NCBI GenBank assembly: GCA_963681965.1
Contig: OY820579.1
Coordinates: 2,784,001 to 2,848,000, forward strand
Origin: a bacterium
GTDB taxonomy: Bacteria > Electryoneota > JAOADG01
Reading direction: 5' to 3'
Length of the DNA stretch: 64,000 bases
Shown here: piece by piece, positions 19,054-29,614 of the stretch
How the letters are laid out: every line of letters begins with the position of its first letter
Position numbering within the stretch: position 1 is the first letter of the stretch
Notes under the pieces: model-generated
Database searches by the model: none
Seen by the model: only the letters and a program-made list of their open reading frames with translations
What the model was told of the DNA's origin: nothing
Translations under genes and position numbers: made by a program

Positions 19054-19719
19054 ATGATGAATCGCAACATGCACTTTGGCATTTTACTCGATTTTGACGG
19101 CACCATCACTACTATCGACACTCTTCAATATTTGCTTGACCGATATGGGATGGCAGATTGGCGGAAATTGGATGATCAAATCGAATTCGGCGAATATCGC
19201 GAATCCGATGCGCTGAAAATTCAGATGAGTTCTTTGAGAATTTCTCCACAACAAGCGATCGATGAACTGATCGCTGTGATCGCTATTCGGGATGGATTCA
19301 AAGAATTTTTTTCTTATGCGAAGCAACATTCAATCCCGATTCGGATCGTTTCTGGCGGTTTCGGGGAGATTATACATCCGTTTCTTCAATTTCACGGGAT
19401 CGATTGCGAGGTAGTAGCGAATCGAATTGCCGGATTCAATGCCGAAGGTGGTTGGTTGGTTTCAAACGACGTAGAACCATTGCCCGATTGTCGTTACAGT
19501 TTATGTAAATGCAAATCGGCTGATTGGTTGCATGAGAGCGGTTCCAAGGTTCTTTATATCGGAGATGGTATTACCGACTTTTGTGTCGCTGGACGCTCCG
19601 ATATTGTCTATGCATTGAAGAATGGTGCACTGGAACGAAAATGTATCCGCGAGCACCTACCTTACTTTTCCTATACGAACTTTTTTGAAATTTCCGCACA
19701 TCTTGAATGTGTCGAATGA
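19054..19719 (+). CDS. MtnX-like HAD-IB phosphatase
   Basis: DFDGTIT, VSGG, CKC, YIGDGITD; start uncertain (19054-19069). Confidence 0.8.
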   Translation: MMNRNMHFGILLDFDGTITTIDTLQYLLDRYGMADWRKLDDQIEFGEYRESDALKIQMSSLRISPQQAIDELIAVIAIRDGFKEFFSYAKQHSIPIRIVSGGFGEIIHPFLQFHGIDCEVVANRIAGFNAEGGWLVSNDVEPLPDCRYSLCKCKSADWLHESGSKVLYIGDGITDFCVAGRSDIVYALKNGALERKCIREHLPYFSYTNFFEISAHLECVE

Positions 19720-19734
19720 TTGCTGGAGAAAGAA

Positions 19735-19959
19735 ATGGCTTTGCGATTTCAATTGGTTGATACTGGCGAGCAACTGCCGCTTTTCATGATACCGACTCCT
19801 GTATCGAACAATAATTCTACCAAAACGATGAAACTTGCCGATGCTGCCCATATTTTCTGTCCAGTTTGCGGTGCCGAAACTGTTCAGGAGAATTTAAAAA
19901 CCATCTGCCGAAGTCGAGTCTGTACCTACAGGATTGTGTTTAATTGTTCCGATTGTTAA
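19735..19959 (+). CDS. Small CPxCG-type zinc-finger protein
   Basis: GGAG RBS; CPVCG...C....C.......CSDC. Confidence 0.6.
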   Translation: MALRFQLVDTGEQLPLFMIPTPVSNNNSTKTMKLADAAHIFCPVCGAETVQENLKTICRSRVCTYRIVFNCSDC

Positions 19960-20123
19960 TCGGAATCGCTTCATACCGGTTCAATTGCAATTCTTGTCAT
20001 TAGGATTCGGTCCTCTGTCGAATCTTGTTTGTCATAACTTTGGGTTATTCTCTTGCCGACTGCTATTTTTCAGTCGGCAATTCGAGTCGTATAATATGGG
20101 AAGAAACAATTAGTGAGGAACAT

Positions 20124-21182
20124 GTGGCTGAACTACGCGAGCAGCTTTATGATGCTCTGAAAACAATAAAATATCCCGGGATGAGTCGGGATATCGTATC
20201 GTTTGGTTTAATCAATGAATTGGATGTCGATACTTCCGGGAAGGTGACAGTCAAACTGGAATTAACTACTCAAGATACCAATATTGCGAAAACACTGGGT
20301 TCGGAAATTCGTACCGTACTCATGAAATTATCTGGAGTAACAGAGGTTGAAGTGTTTGCCAAGCAACTTCCACCGAAACAACCTCAAATTGGTGGTCATG
20401 GTTCTCCCGGTGCACCTGAAACTCCTTTGGTTCCCGGTGTTAAACACATCGTGGCGGTTGCTTCCGGAAAAGGCGGGGTCGGAAAATCGACAGTAGCAGT
20501 CAACTTGGCTTTGGCGATGGCTCAATTAGGCAAGCGAGTCGGAATTCTCGATTGCGACATTTATGGACCATCGATACCGATGATGTTTGGCATCGATGAG
20601 GCACCGGAAATTGCCGAGAGCAAGATTATACCGCATGAGAAATTTGGCGTGCGAATCATGTCAATTGGATTTTTGATTCCGCAAGATCAGGCGCTAATCT
20701 GGCGTGGTCCCATGGTAATGGGTGCGATCGAGCAGATGTTGAAAGATGTCCATTGGGGCGATTTAGATTTTCTGTTTGTGGATATGCCGCCTGGAACCGG
20801 CGATGCGCAATTGACGATGGCACAGAAAGTCACTTTATCTGGCGCAGTCATCGTGACTACTCCGCAAAATCTCGCTTTACTCGATGCAATCAAAGGGGTA
20901 ACGATGTTCCGGAAAGTTGATGTCCCGATCATCGGTCTCATCGAGAATATGAGTTACTTCCATTGTCCGAAATGCAATGAACGTACCGATATCTTTTCTT
21001 CTGGGGGAGGAAAGCGGGAAGCTGACCGGTTAGGTATTCCATTTCTTGGTGAAATTCCCTTGAATGCCGGAATCCGAGCAGCCGGAGATAGCGGCGAGCC
21101 GGTTGTTATTGCACATCCTGAATCGCACGAAGCGGAAGTGTTCCGGGCTTTGGCGCAAACAGTCGCAAACGAATTGAAGTGA
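20124..21182 (+). CDS. apbC: Mrp/NBP35 (ApbC) Fe-S cluster carrier ATPase with N-terminal DUF59
   Basis: SGKGGVGKST, DCDIYGPS, WRGPM, DMPPGTGD, ENMSYFHCPKC; GTG start after GAGG. Confidence 0.92.
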   Translation: MAELREQLYDALKTIKYPGMSRDIVSFGLINELDVDTSGKVTVKLELTTQDTNIAKTLGSEIRTVLMKLSGVTEVEVFAKQLPPKQPQIGGHGSPGAPETPLVPGVKHIVAVASGKGGVGKSTVAVNLALAMAQLGKRVGILDCDIYGPSIPMMFGIDEAPEIAESKIIPHEKFGVRIMSIGFLIPQDQALIWRGPMVMGAIEQMLKDVHWGDLDFLFVDMPPGTGDAQLTMAQKVTLSGAVIVTTPQNLALLDAIKGVTMFRKVDVPIIGLIENMSYFHCPKCNERTDIFSSGGGKREADRLGIPFLGEIPLNAGIRAAGDSGEPVVIAHPESHEAEVFRALAQTVANELK

Positions 21183-21213
21183 TAACCGAATAATAATTGT
21201 AATTGAGGTACGA

Positions 21214-21516
21214 ATGGCATCCGAAGAAGAAATCATGGCTGCACTAGGCACCGTTTTCGATCCCGAAACCGGATTGGATATTGTCAGTATGGGCTTGGTT
21301 TACGATATCCAAATCGAAGGAACAGGGGTACAAGTCAAGATGACGCTGACAACGCCGGGATGCCCCCTATCCGATCGACTTTCGGAAGGGGCACGAACAG
21401 CGGTGCAGCAACTTCCGGGAGTGGAATCCTGTAATGTCGCAATCGTTTGGGATCCGCCTTGGCATCCGCGAATGATGTCGGACGAAGCGAAACTCCAATT
21501 AGGCTTTAAACTGTGA
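21214..21516 (+). CDS. DUF59/SufT-like metal-sulfur cluster assembly factor
   Basis: DPETGLDIVSMGLVY, MTLTTPGCP, VWDPPW..MMS. Confidence 0.9.
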   Translation: MASEEEIMAALGTVFDPETGLDIVSMGLVYDIQIEGTGVQVKMTLTTPGCPLSDRLSEGARTAVQQLPGVESCNVAIVWDPPWHPRMMSDEAKLQLGFKL

Positions 21517-21788
21517 GTGACGATCTCGATCAATGGGAAGGGTGGGACGACCCACTCAAAGAAGTTGCACAATTTATCTCGGCAATTCCATCTAGAAGAA
21601 TTGCCGAGGAATTGTACCGGGTCTTCTTACGAGAGATTGCAGTTGATCGCATGCGCTCCGATGGTGTCGACCCGATGGATGTAACCGTAAATCGCCGCTA
21701 TTTTGCCGACCACAATCAGGAATTGACGCAACTTGCGCGAATACGTCTTCTGGAGTGGTGTGCATCGGTCGCATCACAAGAGGGATGA
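21513..21788 (+). CDS. Hypothetical protein
   Basis: 4-bp overlaps with both neighbours suggest translational coupling; no motif. Confidence 0.6.
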   Translation: MSDDLDQWEGWDDPLKEVAQFISAIPSRRIAEELYRVFLREIAVDRMRSDGVDPMDVTVNRRYFADHNQELTQLARIRLLEWCASVASQEG

Positions 21789-22162
21789 TGGACGGGTATC
21801 CAGAAGTTTACCTCGATCATTTCCAGTATCCACGTTGGGTAGGTCAAGTTGAAAACACTACTCACCACTCCGTAAATCATGTTCTCCCTGGAACGGGTTG
21901 TTTCGACCAATTGGAAATCACATTATGCGTTCATGACGATATCGTAGAAGAAGCACGCTTTCGTGGACGATTATGTTCTGGTTCGGTCGCGGCAGCGTCT
22001 TTATTGATGACGATGATCCAAAATAAGTCGATATCCGAGATTATGAAGATCAATAAAGCAGATTTAGCGAATATCTGGTCATTTATTCCCACTGGCAAAG
22101 ACCACAGTATCGAGTTGGCGATCTCGACTTTACATTCTGCGCTATCACCGACTGGAAATTAA
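21785..22162 (+). CDS. IscU/SufU (NifU_N)-like Fe-S scaffold protein, divergent
   Basis: LDHFQYPR, GCFD, ARFRGRLCSGSVAAASLL. Confidence 0.75.
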   Translation: MMDGYPEVYLDHFQYPRWVGQVENTTHHSVNHVLPGTGCFDQLEITLCVHDDIVEEARFRGRLCSGSVAAASLLMTMIQNKSISEIMKINKADLANIWSFIPTGKDHSIELAISTLHSALSPTGN

Positions 22163-22437
22163 AATTGTAAGTAAAAATAATTATATGATTTTGATAACCT
22201 CACTAAGAAGAAAACAAGTCCTTAATAGGATGTATCTCGATCGTAATTGCGAACATCAGCCTGCTTGAGACGATCACAAAAATCTGTACTCTTGGAGAAA
22301 CTGAAAAAAAACTCTTCTCTGATGCTATGTTATTGTTATTTAGATAGAGCTTGTCCTTTAAAGCATTGCTCTGACCAACTTCAGGTATTATACTAAAATT
22401 CTGAAACTTCTAATTTCTAAGACTGATCGAAGAAACC

Positions 22438-23151
22438 TTGTTGAAGCATCCACAATCGAGATTACTCTGCGCATTTGCGTGGACATTATTGTTATTGCTA
22501 AGCAAGGATTTTTGGGTGCTGGCAAGTATTACAATTTGTTTACTTTTCGCAGCATACCGAGCAGGATGGGCAAGAGGTGGCGGACCGAGATTCTGGTATT
22601 TAGGCATCATGTTCTCAGTCACTGTGATTGCATTCTCAGTCCGAATTTACCCAAGTTTCTCCTGGATTTCCGATGGCTGGGAACGGGGATTACCAGTTGC
22701 GACTAGATTAATCGGTCTATTCGCAATCGGCGTCTGGACAATGGCAGGATTAACACCAGCGCGTTTGATTCGAGAATTGGAACGGTGGTTCTACCCGATT
22801 TCGAAAATATTACCACGGTTTCGACAGCTAGCGATCGGGTTGACGGTGGCAATGGCAGCGTGGGGTTGGATGCGTATTGAAACCGACCGAATTAAACAAG
22901 CCACTATTGCCCGGGGAATTGATTTTCGCGGTTCACTATCAGATAGATTACAAAAGTCGCAATTGATGCTCTTTCAAACGATTGCAATCGCATTGCGACG
23001 TGCCGATACGATGACAGTGGCTTTGTATTGCCGAGGATGGCGCGACGATCAACAACGATTGACGGCTGAAGCGATGCCGAATCGGGATCTCGTATTCTGC
23101 GTGTTAACCGCGATATTGGTGATTGGTGTAGGATTTTGGCAACGATGGTAA
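22438..23151 (+). CDS. ECF transporter transmembrane T component (EcfT/CbiQ-like)
   Basis: Membrane protein with IKQATIARG and ALYCRG (XRG) motifs; directly upstream of truA. Confidence 0.75.
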   Translation: MLKHPQSRLLCAFAWTLLLLLSKDFWVLASITICLLFAAYRAGWARGGGPRFWYLGIMFSVTVIAFSVRIYPSFSWISDGWERGLPVATRLIGLFAIGVWTMAGLTPARLIRELERWFYPISKILPRFRQLAIGLTVAMAAWGWMRIETDRIKQATIARGIDFRGSLSDRLQKSQLMLFQTIAIALRRADTMTVALYCRGWRDDQQRLTAEAMPNRDLVFCVLTAILVIGVGFWQRW

Positions 23152-23939
23152 CACAACGCTACCGGTTTCGCGTCGGTTATCTTGGCACCAATTTTGTCGG
23201 TTGGCAGTTTCAACCCAATGAGCGTACTGTTCAAAACGAGTTGCAAAACGCATTCCGGGCAATCGGTGAACCAGTATCGTCAGTTATCGGTGCTGGTCGA
23301 ACGGATTCAGGTGTTCATGCTACCGGACAAGTAGCCCACGTTGATCTTGTGCGTGATTGGAATCGGATTAAATTAGAACGAGCCGTAAATTCTCAGCTTC
23401 CGGATGATATTCGGATTTACGATGCGGAATTAGCTACAGCAGATTTTCATGCGCGATTTAAGGCTAGCGGACGGTGTTACATCTATAGGATCTCGTTGAT
23501 TGAAGATCCACTGCGACACGATACTGAATTGTATTGGGAGTATCCGGTCGATCGCGAACTAGTCGATTCTGCTTGTAAAGCTATTGTTGGATCGCACGAT
23601 TTCAGTGCATTTATTCAAACGGGAAGCAACAACAGTCCAATTTGCAATGTCCATCAGGCTAATTGGGAATGGGAAACGAATTACCGTTTTCGATTTAAGA
23701 TCTATGCCGATCGATTTGGTTGGAAAATGGTACGACGATTGGTGGGCGTGATGCTGACAATCGGACGAAAAAAGTTTCCAGTCGATTTCATTGACGAGTT
23801 GCTTCGGACCGGGATTGAACCGAAATGGTGCCAGGTCGTACCCGCACAAGGATTGATTTTCGCCGGGGTTACTTACCCCGAAGTGTTTGGTGGACCGGAA
23901 CAACCCGATCCGGTCTGGTTTGATCGAACTAATTGGTGA
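23145..23939 (+). CDS. truA: tRNA pseudouridine(38-40) synthase
   Basis: [36 protein letters not shown]. Confidence 0.95.
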   Translation: MVTQRYRFRVGYLGTNFVGWQFQPNERTVQNELQNAFRAIGEPVSSVIGAGRTDSGVHATGQVAHVDLVRDWNRIKLERAVNSQLPDDIRIYDAELATADFHARFKASGRCYIYRISLIEDPLRHDTELYWEYPVDRELVDSACKAIVGSHDFSAFIQTGSNNSPICNVHQANWEWETNYRFRFKIYADRFGWKMVRRLVGVMLTIGRKKFPVDFIDELLRTGIEPKWCQVVPAQGLIFAGVTYPEVFGGPEQPDPVWFDRTNW

Positions 23940-23947
23940 GGATAAAA

Positions 23948-24592
23948 ATGAAATTTTTTCTCGATACTGCATCGGTACAAGAAATTCGCGAAGCGGCAAG
24001 CTGGGGTATTTTAGATGGCGTGACAACCAATCCATCCCTAGTTGCCAAGGAAAAAGTCGGGTCGTTTGAAGACCTCTTACGCGAAATCACTGCAATTGTT
24101 CCCGGTCCAGTTTCGGCTGAAGTCGTTTCGCTTGACTCCGATGGGATGATGAAAGAAGCACATCATCTTGCAAAAATTGCCGATAATATTGTCATCAAGA
24201 TTCCCTTGATCCCCGAAGGGCTGAAGACCGTCGTCAAATTGACCGCTGAAGGTATTAAAACCAATGTCACGCTCTGCTTTTCCAGTGGTCAGGCGATTTT
24301 AGCGGCAAAAGCCGGAGCGACGATGGTATCTCCGTTTGTCGGACGTCTCGACGATCTATCGCAAGATGGCATGAAATTGATCGAAGAGATCGTAACCATT
24401 TACCGTAACTACGATTTTTCGACCGAAGTATTGGTTGCATCGGTCCGACACCCGATTCACATTCAACAAGCTGCATTAATCGGTGCCGATATTGCCACAA
24501 TCCCATGGAAAGTGTTTCAACAATTAGTTCACCATCCATTAACCGATAGTGGTTTGCAAAAATTCCTGGACGACTGGAAGAAGCGGAATTAA
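23948..24592 (+). CDS. fsa: Transaldolase / fructose-6-phosphate aldolase
   Basis: [44 protein letters not shown]. Confidence 0.92.
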   Translation: MKFFLDTASVQEIREAASWGILDGVTTNPSLVAKEKVGSFEDLLREITAIVPGPVSAEVVSLDSDGMMKEAHHLAKIADNIVIKIPLIPEGLKTVVKLTAEGIKTNVTLCFSSGQAILAAKAGATMVSPFVGRLDDLSQDGMKLIEEIVTIYRNYDFSTEVLVASVRHPIHIQQAALIGADIATIPWKVFQQLVHHPLTDSGLQKFLDDWKKRN

Positions 24593-24663
24593 GCTGAACC
24601 TAGTCCGAAATCGACTAGTAATCAAAGTATTGAAAACGGATTGAATCGCTCGAGTGACACAGT

Positions 24664-25908
24664 ATGATTAGATCATTTTTCATCGGTATCCTAATCGGTG
24701 GGATATTAACAGCCGGATGGTGGTTTACGCACCGTAATCAAACGCCGGTAGCGACTAATCTTCGCGCAACTCAAACTGGCGTTAATGCTCTGGTTTCCAC
24801 TCAACCAACGTCGATATCGACTTCAGCTTCCAATGAAGCCTATATCAACCGGACGAACGATTCCGTCTATGCAACTCGAAGCAATGCCATCACTCGTGCT
24901 GTGGCAATTGCTACTCCGGCGGTGGTCGGTGTGAACGTAACTGCGGTTCGGGAACAATTGGTGCGAATGAATCCTTTCAACGATCCATTCTTCAGCGGAT
25001 TGTTTCCACCGGAAGTCGTTCGACAACGGATCGAATCAATTGGAAGCGGTTTCCTGATTTCCTACGATGGATACATTCTTACCGCCGATCATGTGGTTGA
25101 AAATGCTACTGAAATTGTGATCACATTAGTCGGTGGCAAACAAGAAAACGCTCGATTGATTGGTACCGATAAAGTATCCGATGTTGCCTTACTGAAGATC
25201 AATGGCAGCAACCTTCCCTTCGTAAGACTATCCGATTCGCGCGATATCTTAGTTGGCGAATGGGCGATAGCGATGGGCAATCCATTTGGTCTATTCAATA
25301 ACAATGTGAAGCCGTCCGTCAGCGTTGGTGTGGTGAGTACGATCGGTCAGGATTTTGATCGAAATTCCGAGGGGCGGGTTTATCGCGATATGATTCAGAC
25401 CGATGCTGCGATCAATTCCGGAAACAGCGGTGGTCCGCTGTTGAATGCGCTAGGCGAAGTCATTGGAATGAATACGATGATTTACACTCCGGTACAGAAT
25501 CGTCAAGGCGTTGGACCATCGGCTGGCGTAGGATTCGCTATTCCCGCCAATCGATTGAAAGCGACGATTGAAGTATTGAAAAAAGGTAAATCGCTGAATC
25601 GCGATTTCAATACCGGGATGCACGTTCAGAATCTCGATCCGCAAATTATCCGGTCACTTCGACTAAAAGCGGAAACTAAAGGTGTGATCGTTGCTGACGT
25701 CGATCGCGGTTCGCCAGCGGACAAAGCTGGAATTCAGCCGAGCGATATATTAATCGCAATGGATGAATACGAAATTTCCGATGTTCCATCGGTCCGTCGC
25801 GCATTGGATCGATTGGATTTAAAAGTCGGCGATCTGGTCAAATTGAAACTGTTGCGAGACGGATCGGAAAGGTCAGTGCAAATGCGGTTGGAGGCTTTTC
25901 GCAAATGA
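24664..25908 (+). CDS. HtrA/DegP-like serine protease with PDZ domain
   Basis: GSGF, LTADHV, DVALLK, IQTDAAINSGNSGGPL, C-terminal PDZ. Confidence 0.92.
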   Translation: MIRSFFIGILIGGILTAGWWFTHRNQTPVATNLRATQTGVNALVSTQPTSISTSASNEAYINRTNDSVYATRSNAITRAVAIATPAVVGVNVTAVREQLVRMNPFNDPFFSGLFPPEVVRQRIESIGSGFLISYDGYILTADHVVENATEIVITLVGGKQENARLIGTDKVSDVALLKINGSNLPFVRLSDSRDILVGEWAIAMGNPFGLFNNNVKPSVSVGVVSTIGQDFDRNSEGRVYRDMIQTDAAINSGNSGGPLLNALGEVIGMNTMIYTPVQNRQGVGPSAGVGFAIPANRLKATIEVLKKGKSLNRDFNTGMHVQNLDPQIIRSLRLKAETKGVIVADVDRGSPADKAGIQPSDILIAMDEYEISDVPSVRRALDRLDLKVGDLVKLKLLRDGSERSVQMRLEAFRK

Positions 25909-27233
25909 TCGCACGTTATTCATTACCTGAAATGGCGTCAATTTGGACCGAAACTGCGAAATTTCAACGCTGGTTGGCGGTGGAATTAGCGGTTGTTCGA
26001 GTTCGTGAAGCGATGTTTCCGGAAGAAGTACCTACCGGAACTTCTGATTATCTGGCGAAAACCGCTAAAATTAATATTGCCAGAATTCAAGAAATTGAGG
26101 CGACAACCAATCACGATGTGATTGCATTCATCACTCAAGTAGCTGAAACCTGTGGTGAACCGGGACGACACATTCACTTCGGCTTAACCAGCAATGATGT
26201 AGTCGATAGCGCATTCGGACTGGCAATGCGCGACGCTTGCGACATCCTAATCGGTAAATTGGATGAATTGATCGAATCTGCTCGAAATCTGGCGCTGCAA
26301 CACCCACATACCGTGATGATGGGTCGAACACATGGTATGCATGCCGAACCGATTACCTTTGGCATCAAAGTCGCTGGGTGGGTCGATGAATTGTTGCGCC
26401 ATCGCGAACGGTTGCTTCATGCAAAACAGGGAGTAGCGGTAGGAAAGTTATCCGGCGCAGTTGGAGCTTATACCTTATTGTCTCCGGAAATCGAAGCGAA
26501 GGTAATGGACGTTCTTGATTTGAAGGTTGCATCGCATTCAACCCAAATCATTCCTCGCGATCGACATGCCGAATTACTTTCAAGTATTTCTATTCTGGGC
26601 GGTGGACTGGAACGGATCGCGACCGAAATCCGAAATGGTCAGCGAAGCGAATTAAGCGAGCTAGCCGAACCGTTCGGAAAAGGACAACGTGGCTCGAGCG
26701 CGATGCCGCATAAACGGAATCCGATTCTGTGCGAGCGCGTTTGCGGCGGTTCAAGGGTGCTACGCGGTTATGCCGTCGTCGGTTTCGAGAATATGGCTCT
26801 GTGGATGGAACGCGACATCTCACATAGTTCCGCCGAGCGAATCGTAATTGCCGATGCATTTGTCCTTGCTCACTATTTGCTGCATTTGATGCATAAAATC
26901 GTCTCAGGTTTGACCGTCGACGAAAAACGAATGAAAGAAATCGTCAAGAGTACCCGTGACTTGCATTTATCGCAGCGCATTCTATCGGCATTGGTCGCAT
27001 CGGGCAAGTCGCGCGACAAAAGTTATGAGTTAGTTCAAAAAGCGGCATTTACTGCCAAAGCGCAGAAGAAATCGTTGCTAGTCATTGCCGCCAATGAGAA
27101 TTGGTGGGACATGTCTCAGGAATTTATTGCTACAATTTGTGATCAAAAACCCGACCGTTATTGGCGAGATATTTATCGCCGAGCGGGAGTGAAGCCATTA
27201 TCGACTGGAGGTAGGAAGATTGGAAAAGCGTAA
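25905..27233 (+). CDS. purB: Adenylosuccinate lyase
   Basis: HDVIAF, HFGLTSND, GRTHGMHAEP, GSSAMPHKRNP. Confidence 0.96.
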   Translation: MIARYSLPEMASIWTETAKFQRWLAVELAVVRVREAMFPEEVPTGTSDYLAKTAKINIARIQEIEATTNHDVIAFITQVAETCGEPGRHIHFGLTSNDVVDSAFGLAMRDACDILIGKLDELIESARNLALQHPHTVMMGRTHGMHAEPITFGIKVAGWVDELLRHRERLLHAKQGVAVGKLSGAVGAYTLLSPEIEAKVMDVLDLKVASHSTQIIPRDRHAELLSSISILGGGLERIATEIRNGQRSELSELAEPFGKGQRGSSAMPHKRNPILCERVCGGSRVLRGYAVVGFENMALWMERDISHSSAERIVIADAFVLAHYLLHLMHKIVSGLTVDEKRMKEIVKSTRDLHLSQRILSALVASGKSRDKSYELVQKAAFTAKAQKKSLLVIAANENWWDMSQEFIATICDQKPDRYWRDIYRRAGVKPLSTGGRKIGKA

Positions 27234-27930
27234 TTTAATGTATGAAGGTAAAGCCAAAAAACTTTGGTATACCGACCACGAACAGCGTCTGGTTCAACTT
27301 TTCAAAGACGATTTAACCGCGTTCAACGGTCAGAAGACCGGCTCATTCGTTGGTAAAGGGGCAATCAATTGCGCCATCTCCGAACATATGTTTCGGTATC
27401 TTGAAAGTCATCACATTCCGACTCACTTGATTGAAAAAGTGTCTGAGAATGAAATGACTGTCCGAAAACTCGATATCATTCCGGTCGAAGTTGTTATCAG
27501 AAACGTCGCAGCCGGTTCTTTGGTCAAACGCTACAATTTGACCGAAGGTATTGAGCTATCCAGTGTCGTACTTGAATATTATTACAAGAACGATTCGCTG
27601 GGTGATCCGATGATGGCTGAATCGTTGGCGGTCGCACTGGATATGGCAACTCCGGAACAGATTCGCTCGATCAATCGCATGGCGACGAAGATCAACGCGT
27701 TAATGCGATCCTATTTCGAACGACGCAATTTATTGTTGGTCGATATGAAACTCGAATTCGGCAAAGTCGAAGAAGATGTCATTCTCGCCGACGAGATTTC
27801 GCCAGACTCGATGCGCGTTTGGGACAAAAACACCAAAGTCAAGCTCGACAAGGATCGTTTCCGGTTCGATCTCGGTGAAGTGGAAAAAGGGTATCGCGAA
27901 ATCATGCGACGATTGCTCAACGAAGGCTGA
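27220..27930 (+). CDS. purC: SAICAR synthase
   Basis: YEGKAK, IPVEVVIRN.AAGS, DMKLEFG, LADEISPD, LDKDRFR. Confidence 0.96.
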   Translation: MEKRNLMYEGKAKKLWYTDHEQRLVQLFKDDLTAFNGQKTGSFVGKGAINCAISEHMFRYLESHHIPTHLIEKVSENEMTVRKLDIIPVEVVIRNVAAGSLVKRYNLTEGIELSSVVLEYYYKNDSLGDPMMAESLAVALDMATPEQIRSINRMATKINALMRSYFERRNLLLVDMKLEFGKVEEDVILADEISPDSMRVWDKNTKVKLDKDRFRFDLGEVEKGYREIMRRLLNEG

Positions 27931-27973
27931 TGTTGGACCAATCGAAGTTCACTCTTTCCACAAGTGAGGTTGT

Positions 27974-28615
27974 ATGGGCGTAACGCGAGATGGTTTTATC
28001 ATCTTGATACCACTGTGTATCGCAACCATACTTGCGATTGCTTTGGCATTTGGATTGAATCGCTGGTGGTGGCTGGCGGCATCGCCTCTGATTATTCTTC
28101 TATTGTTTTCACTCTGGTTTTTCCGGGATCCGGAGCGAACAATCCCAGGCAGCGATGAAACGGTCGTTTCACCGGGTGATGGGAAAGTACTTCAAGTTGT
28201 CGATTTGGAGTCGGACGAATTTATCGGTGGTAAAGCACAAATGGTATCGATCTTTCTGTCGGTATTCAATGTGCATGTGAATCGCAATCCAGTTTCCGGC
28301 ATCGTTCGCGACGTGAAGCGGTTTCCCGGTAAGTTTCTAATCGCCTACGACCATCGTGCAACCAACGAAAACAATCGATTGCGGGTCGATATCGAGTCGC
28401 CGCGCGGTCGAGTTCGATGTGTGCAGGTTACAGGCGCGATTGCGCGAAGAATAGTGTGTCACTTGTCGATCGGCGATTCGATTGTACGAGGCAATCGATA
28501 TGGAATGATTCGATTTGGTTCAAGAATGGATTTGGTCATTCCTGCGAGCGCGAAAGTACAAGTAAAACCTGGCGACATTGTACATGGTGGAGAAACCGTA
28601 ATTGCAATCTGGTAA
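27974..28615 (+). CDS. psd: Phosphatidylserine decarboxylase proenzyme
   Basis: FFRDPER, SIFLSVFNVHVNR, GMIRFGSR self-cleavage motif. Confidence 0.93.
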   Translation: MGVTRDGFIILIPLCIATILAIALAFGLNRWWWLAASPLIILLLFSLWFFRDPERTIPGSDETVVSPGDGKVLQVVDLESDEFIGGKAQMVSIFLSVFNVHVNRNPVSGIVRDVKRFPGKFLIAYDHRATNENNRLRVDIESPRGRVRCVQVTGAIARRIVCHLSIGDSIVRGNRYGMIRFGSRMDLVIPASAKVQVKPGDIVHGGETVIAIW

Positions 28616-29354
28616 TTCTACTACCGGCAAGATACCGGTTTACCGGGCAGTTCTACCGAATTTATTCACGCTCGGTAATCTCTTCTGCGGATATTTGTCG
28701 ATCGTTAACACGATCAACGATAATTTCGCGACCGCTGCTGTGCTAATTCTGGTGGCAAGTGTATTCGATGCACTCGATGGTAAAATTGCTCGCTGGACTC
28801 GCAGCTCAAGTCCATTCGGTGCCGAACTGGATTCTATTTGCGATGTTGTCAGTTTCGGTATCGCCCCATCAATCCTGGTTTATCGCCATGAATTATTGGA
28901 TCCGCCGTTTGGAATCCCCGATTTTATTGCGATCGCCATTGCCTTTTTACCTGCATTGGGTGGGGCTCTTCGGTTGGCTCGATTCAATGTAGTTGCGCAT
29001 GCCAGCGGTGAGCATAAGAACTACTTTACCGGGATGCCAATCCCGGCTGCAGCCAATACACTGAGTGCTTACATCCTGTTCACTAGCAGAGTCTACGATC
29101 ATCCGATAATGCACAGTCTGGTTCCCTTACTATTGCTGGCACTTTGCTTGTTAATGGTATCGAAAGTACGATATAGTGCCATTCCACCTTTTTCATGGCA
29201 CCAATCTATTATCGGGCGGATAAAATTGATTTATATCATTGCCAGTTTGATCGCGTTGGTATTGTTTCAGGAAATCGTATTTTTCCCGATCATGTTCCTG
29301 TACTTGTTGAGCGGATTTGTTGAGAATTTTCTACCCGACAAAACAACTGATTAA
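28602..29354 (+). CDS. pssA: CDP-diacylglycerol--serine O-phosphatidyltransferase
   Basis: LPNLFTLGNLFCG, FDALDGKIAR, GAELDSICDVVSFG, RLARFN, FTGMPIP. Confidence 0.93.
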   Translation: MQSGNSTTGKIPVYRAVLPNLFTLGNLFCGYLSIVNTINDNFATAAVLILVASVFDALDGKIARWTRSSSPFGAELDSICDVVSFGIAPSILVYRHELLDPPFGIPDFIAIAIAFLPALGGALRLARFNVVAHASGEHKNYFTGMPIPAAANTLSAYILFTSRVYDHPIMHSLVPLLLLALCLLMVSKVRYSAIPPFSWHQSIIGRIKLIYIIASLIALVLFQEIVFFPIMFLYLLSGFVENFLPDKTTD

Positions 29355-29377
29355 TTGGATTGTCCAAGAGGCATAAT

Positions 29378-29614
29378 ATGACTTATGAAGTTCGCATCTT
29401 TCTGAAAGAAGGTTTGCTCGATCCGGCTGCAGCAACGATCGAACGAGCCTTGAAACGATTGGAATTCGCCGAGGTTACAGGTTTTCGAACGGGCAAAGTA
29501 TTCATCATTGAGGTTCCCGATCAAACACCAGTCGACCGGGTTGCCGAGATGTGCCACAAGTTACTAGCCAATCCAGTCATGGAAAGATTCGAAATCAACG
29601 AGGTGAAAGCGTGA
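29378..29614 (+). CDS. purS: FGAM synthase subunit PurS
   Basis: LKEGLLDP, GKVF, LLANPVME. Confidence 0.9.
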   Translation: MTYEVRIFLKEGLLDPAAATIERALKRLEFAEVTGFRTGKVFIIEVPDQTPVDRVAEMCHKLLANPVMERFEINEVKA

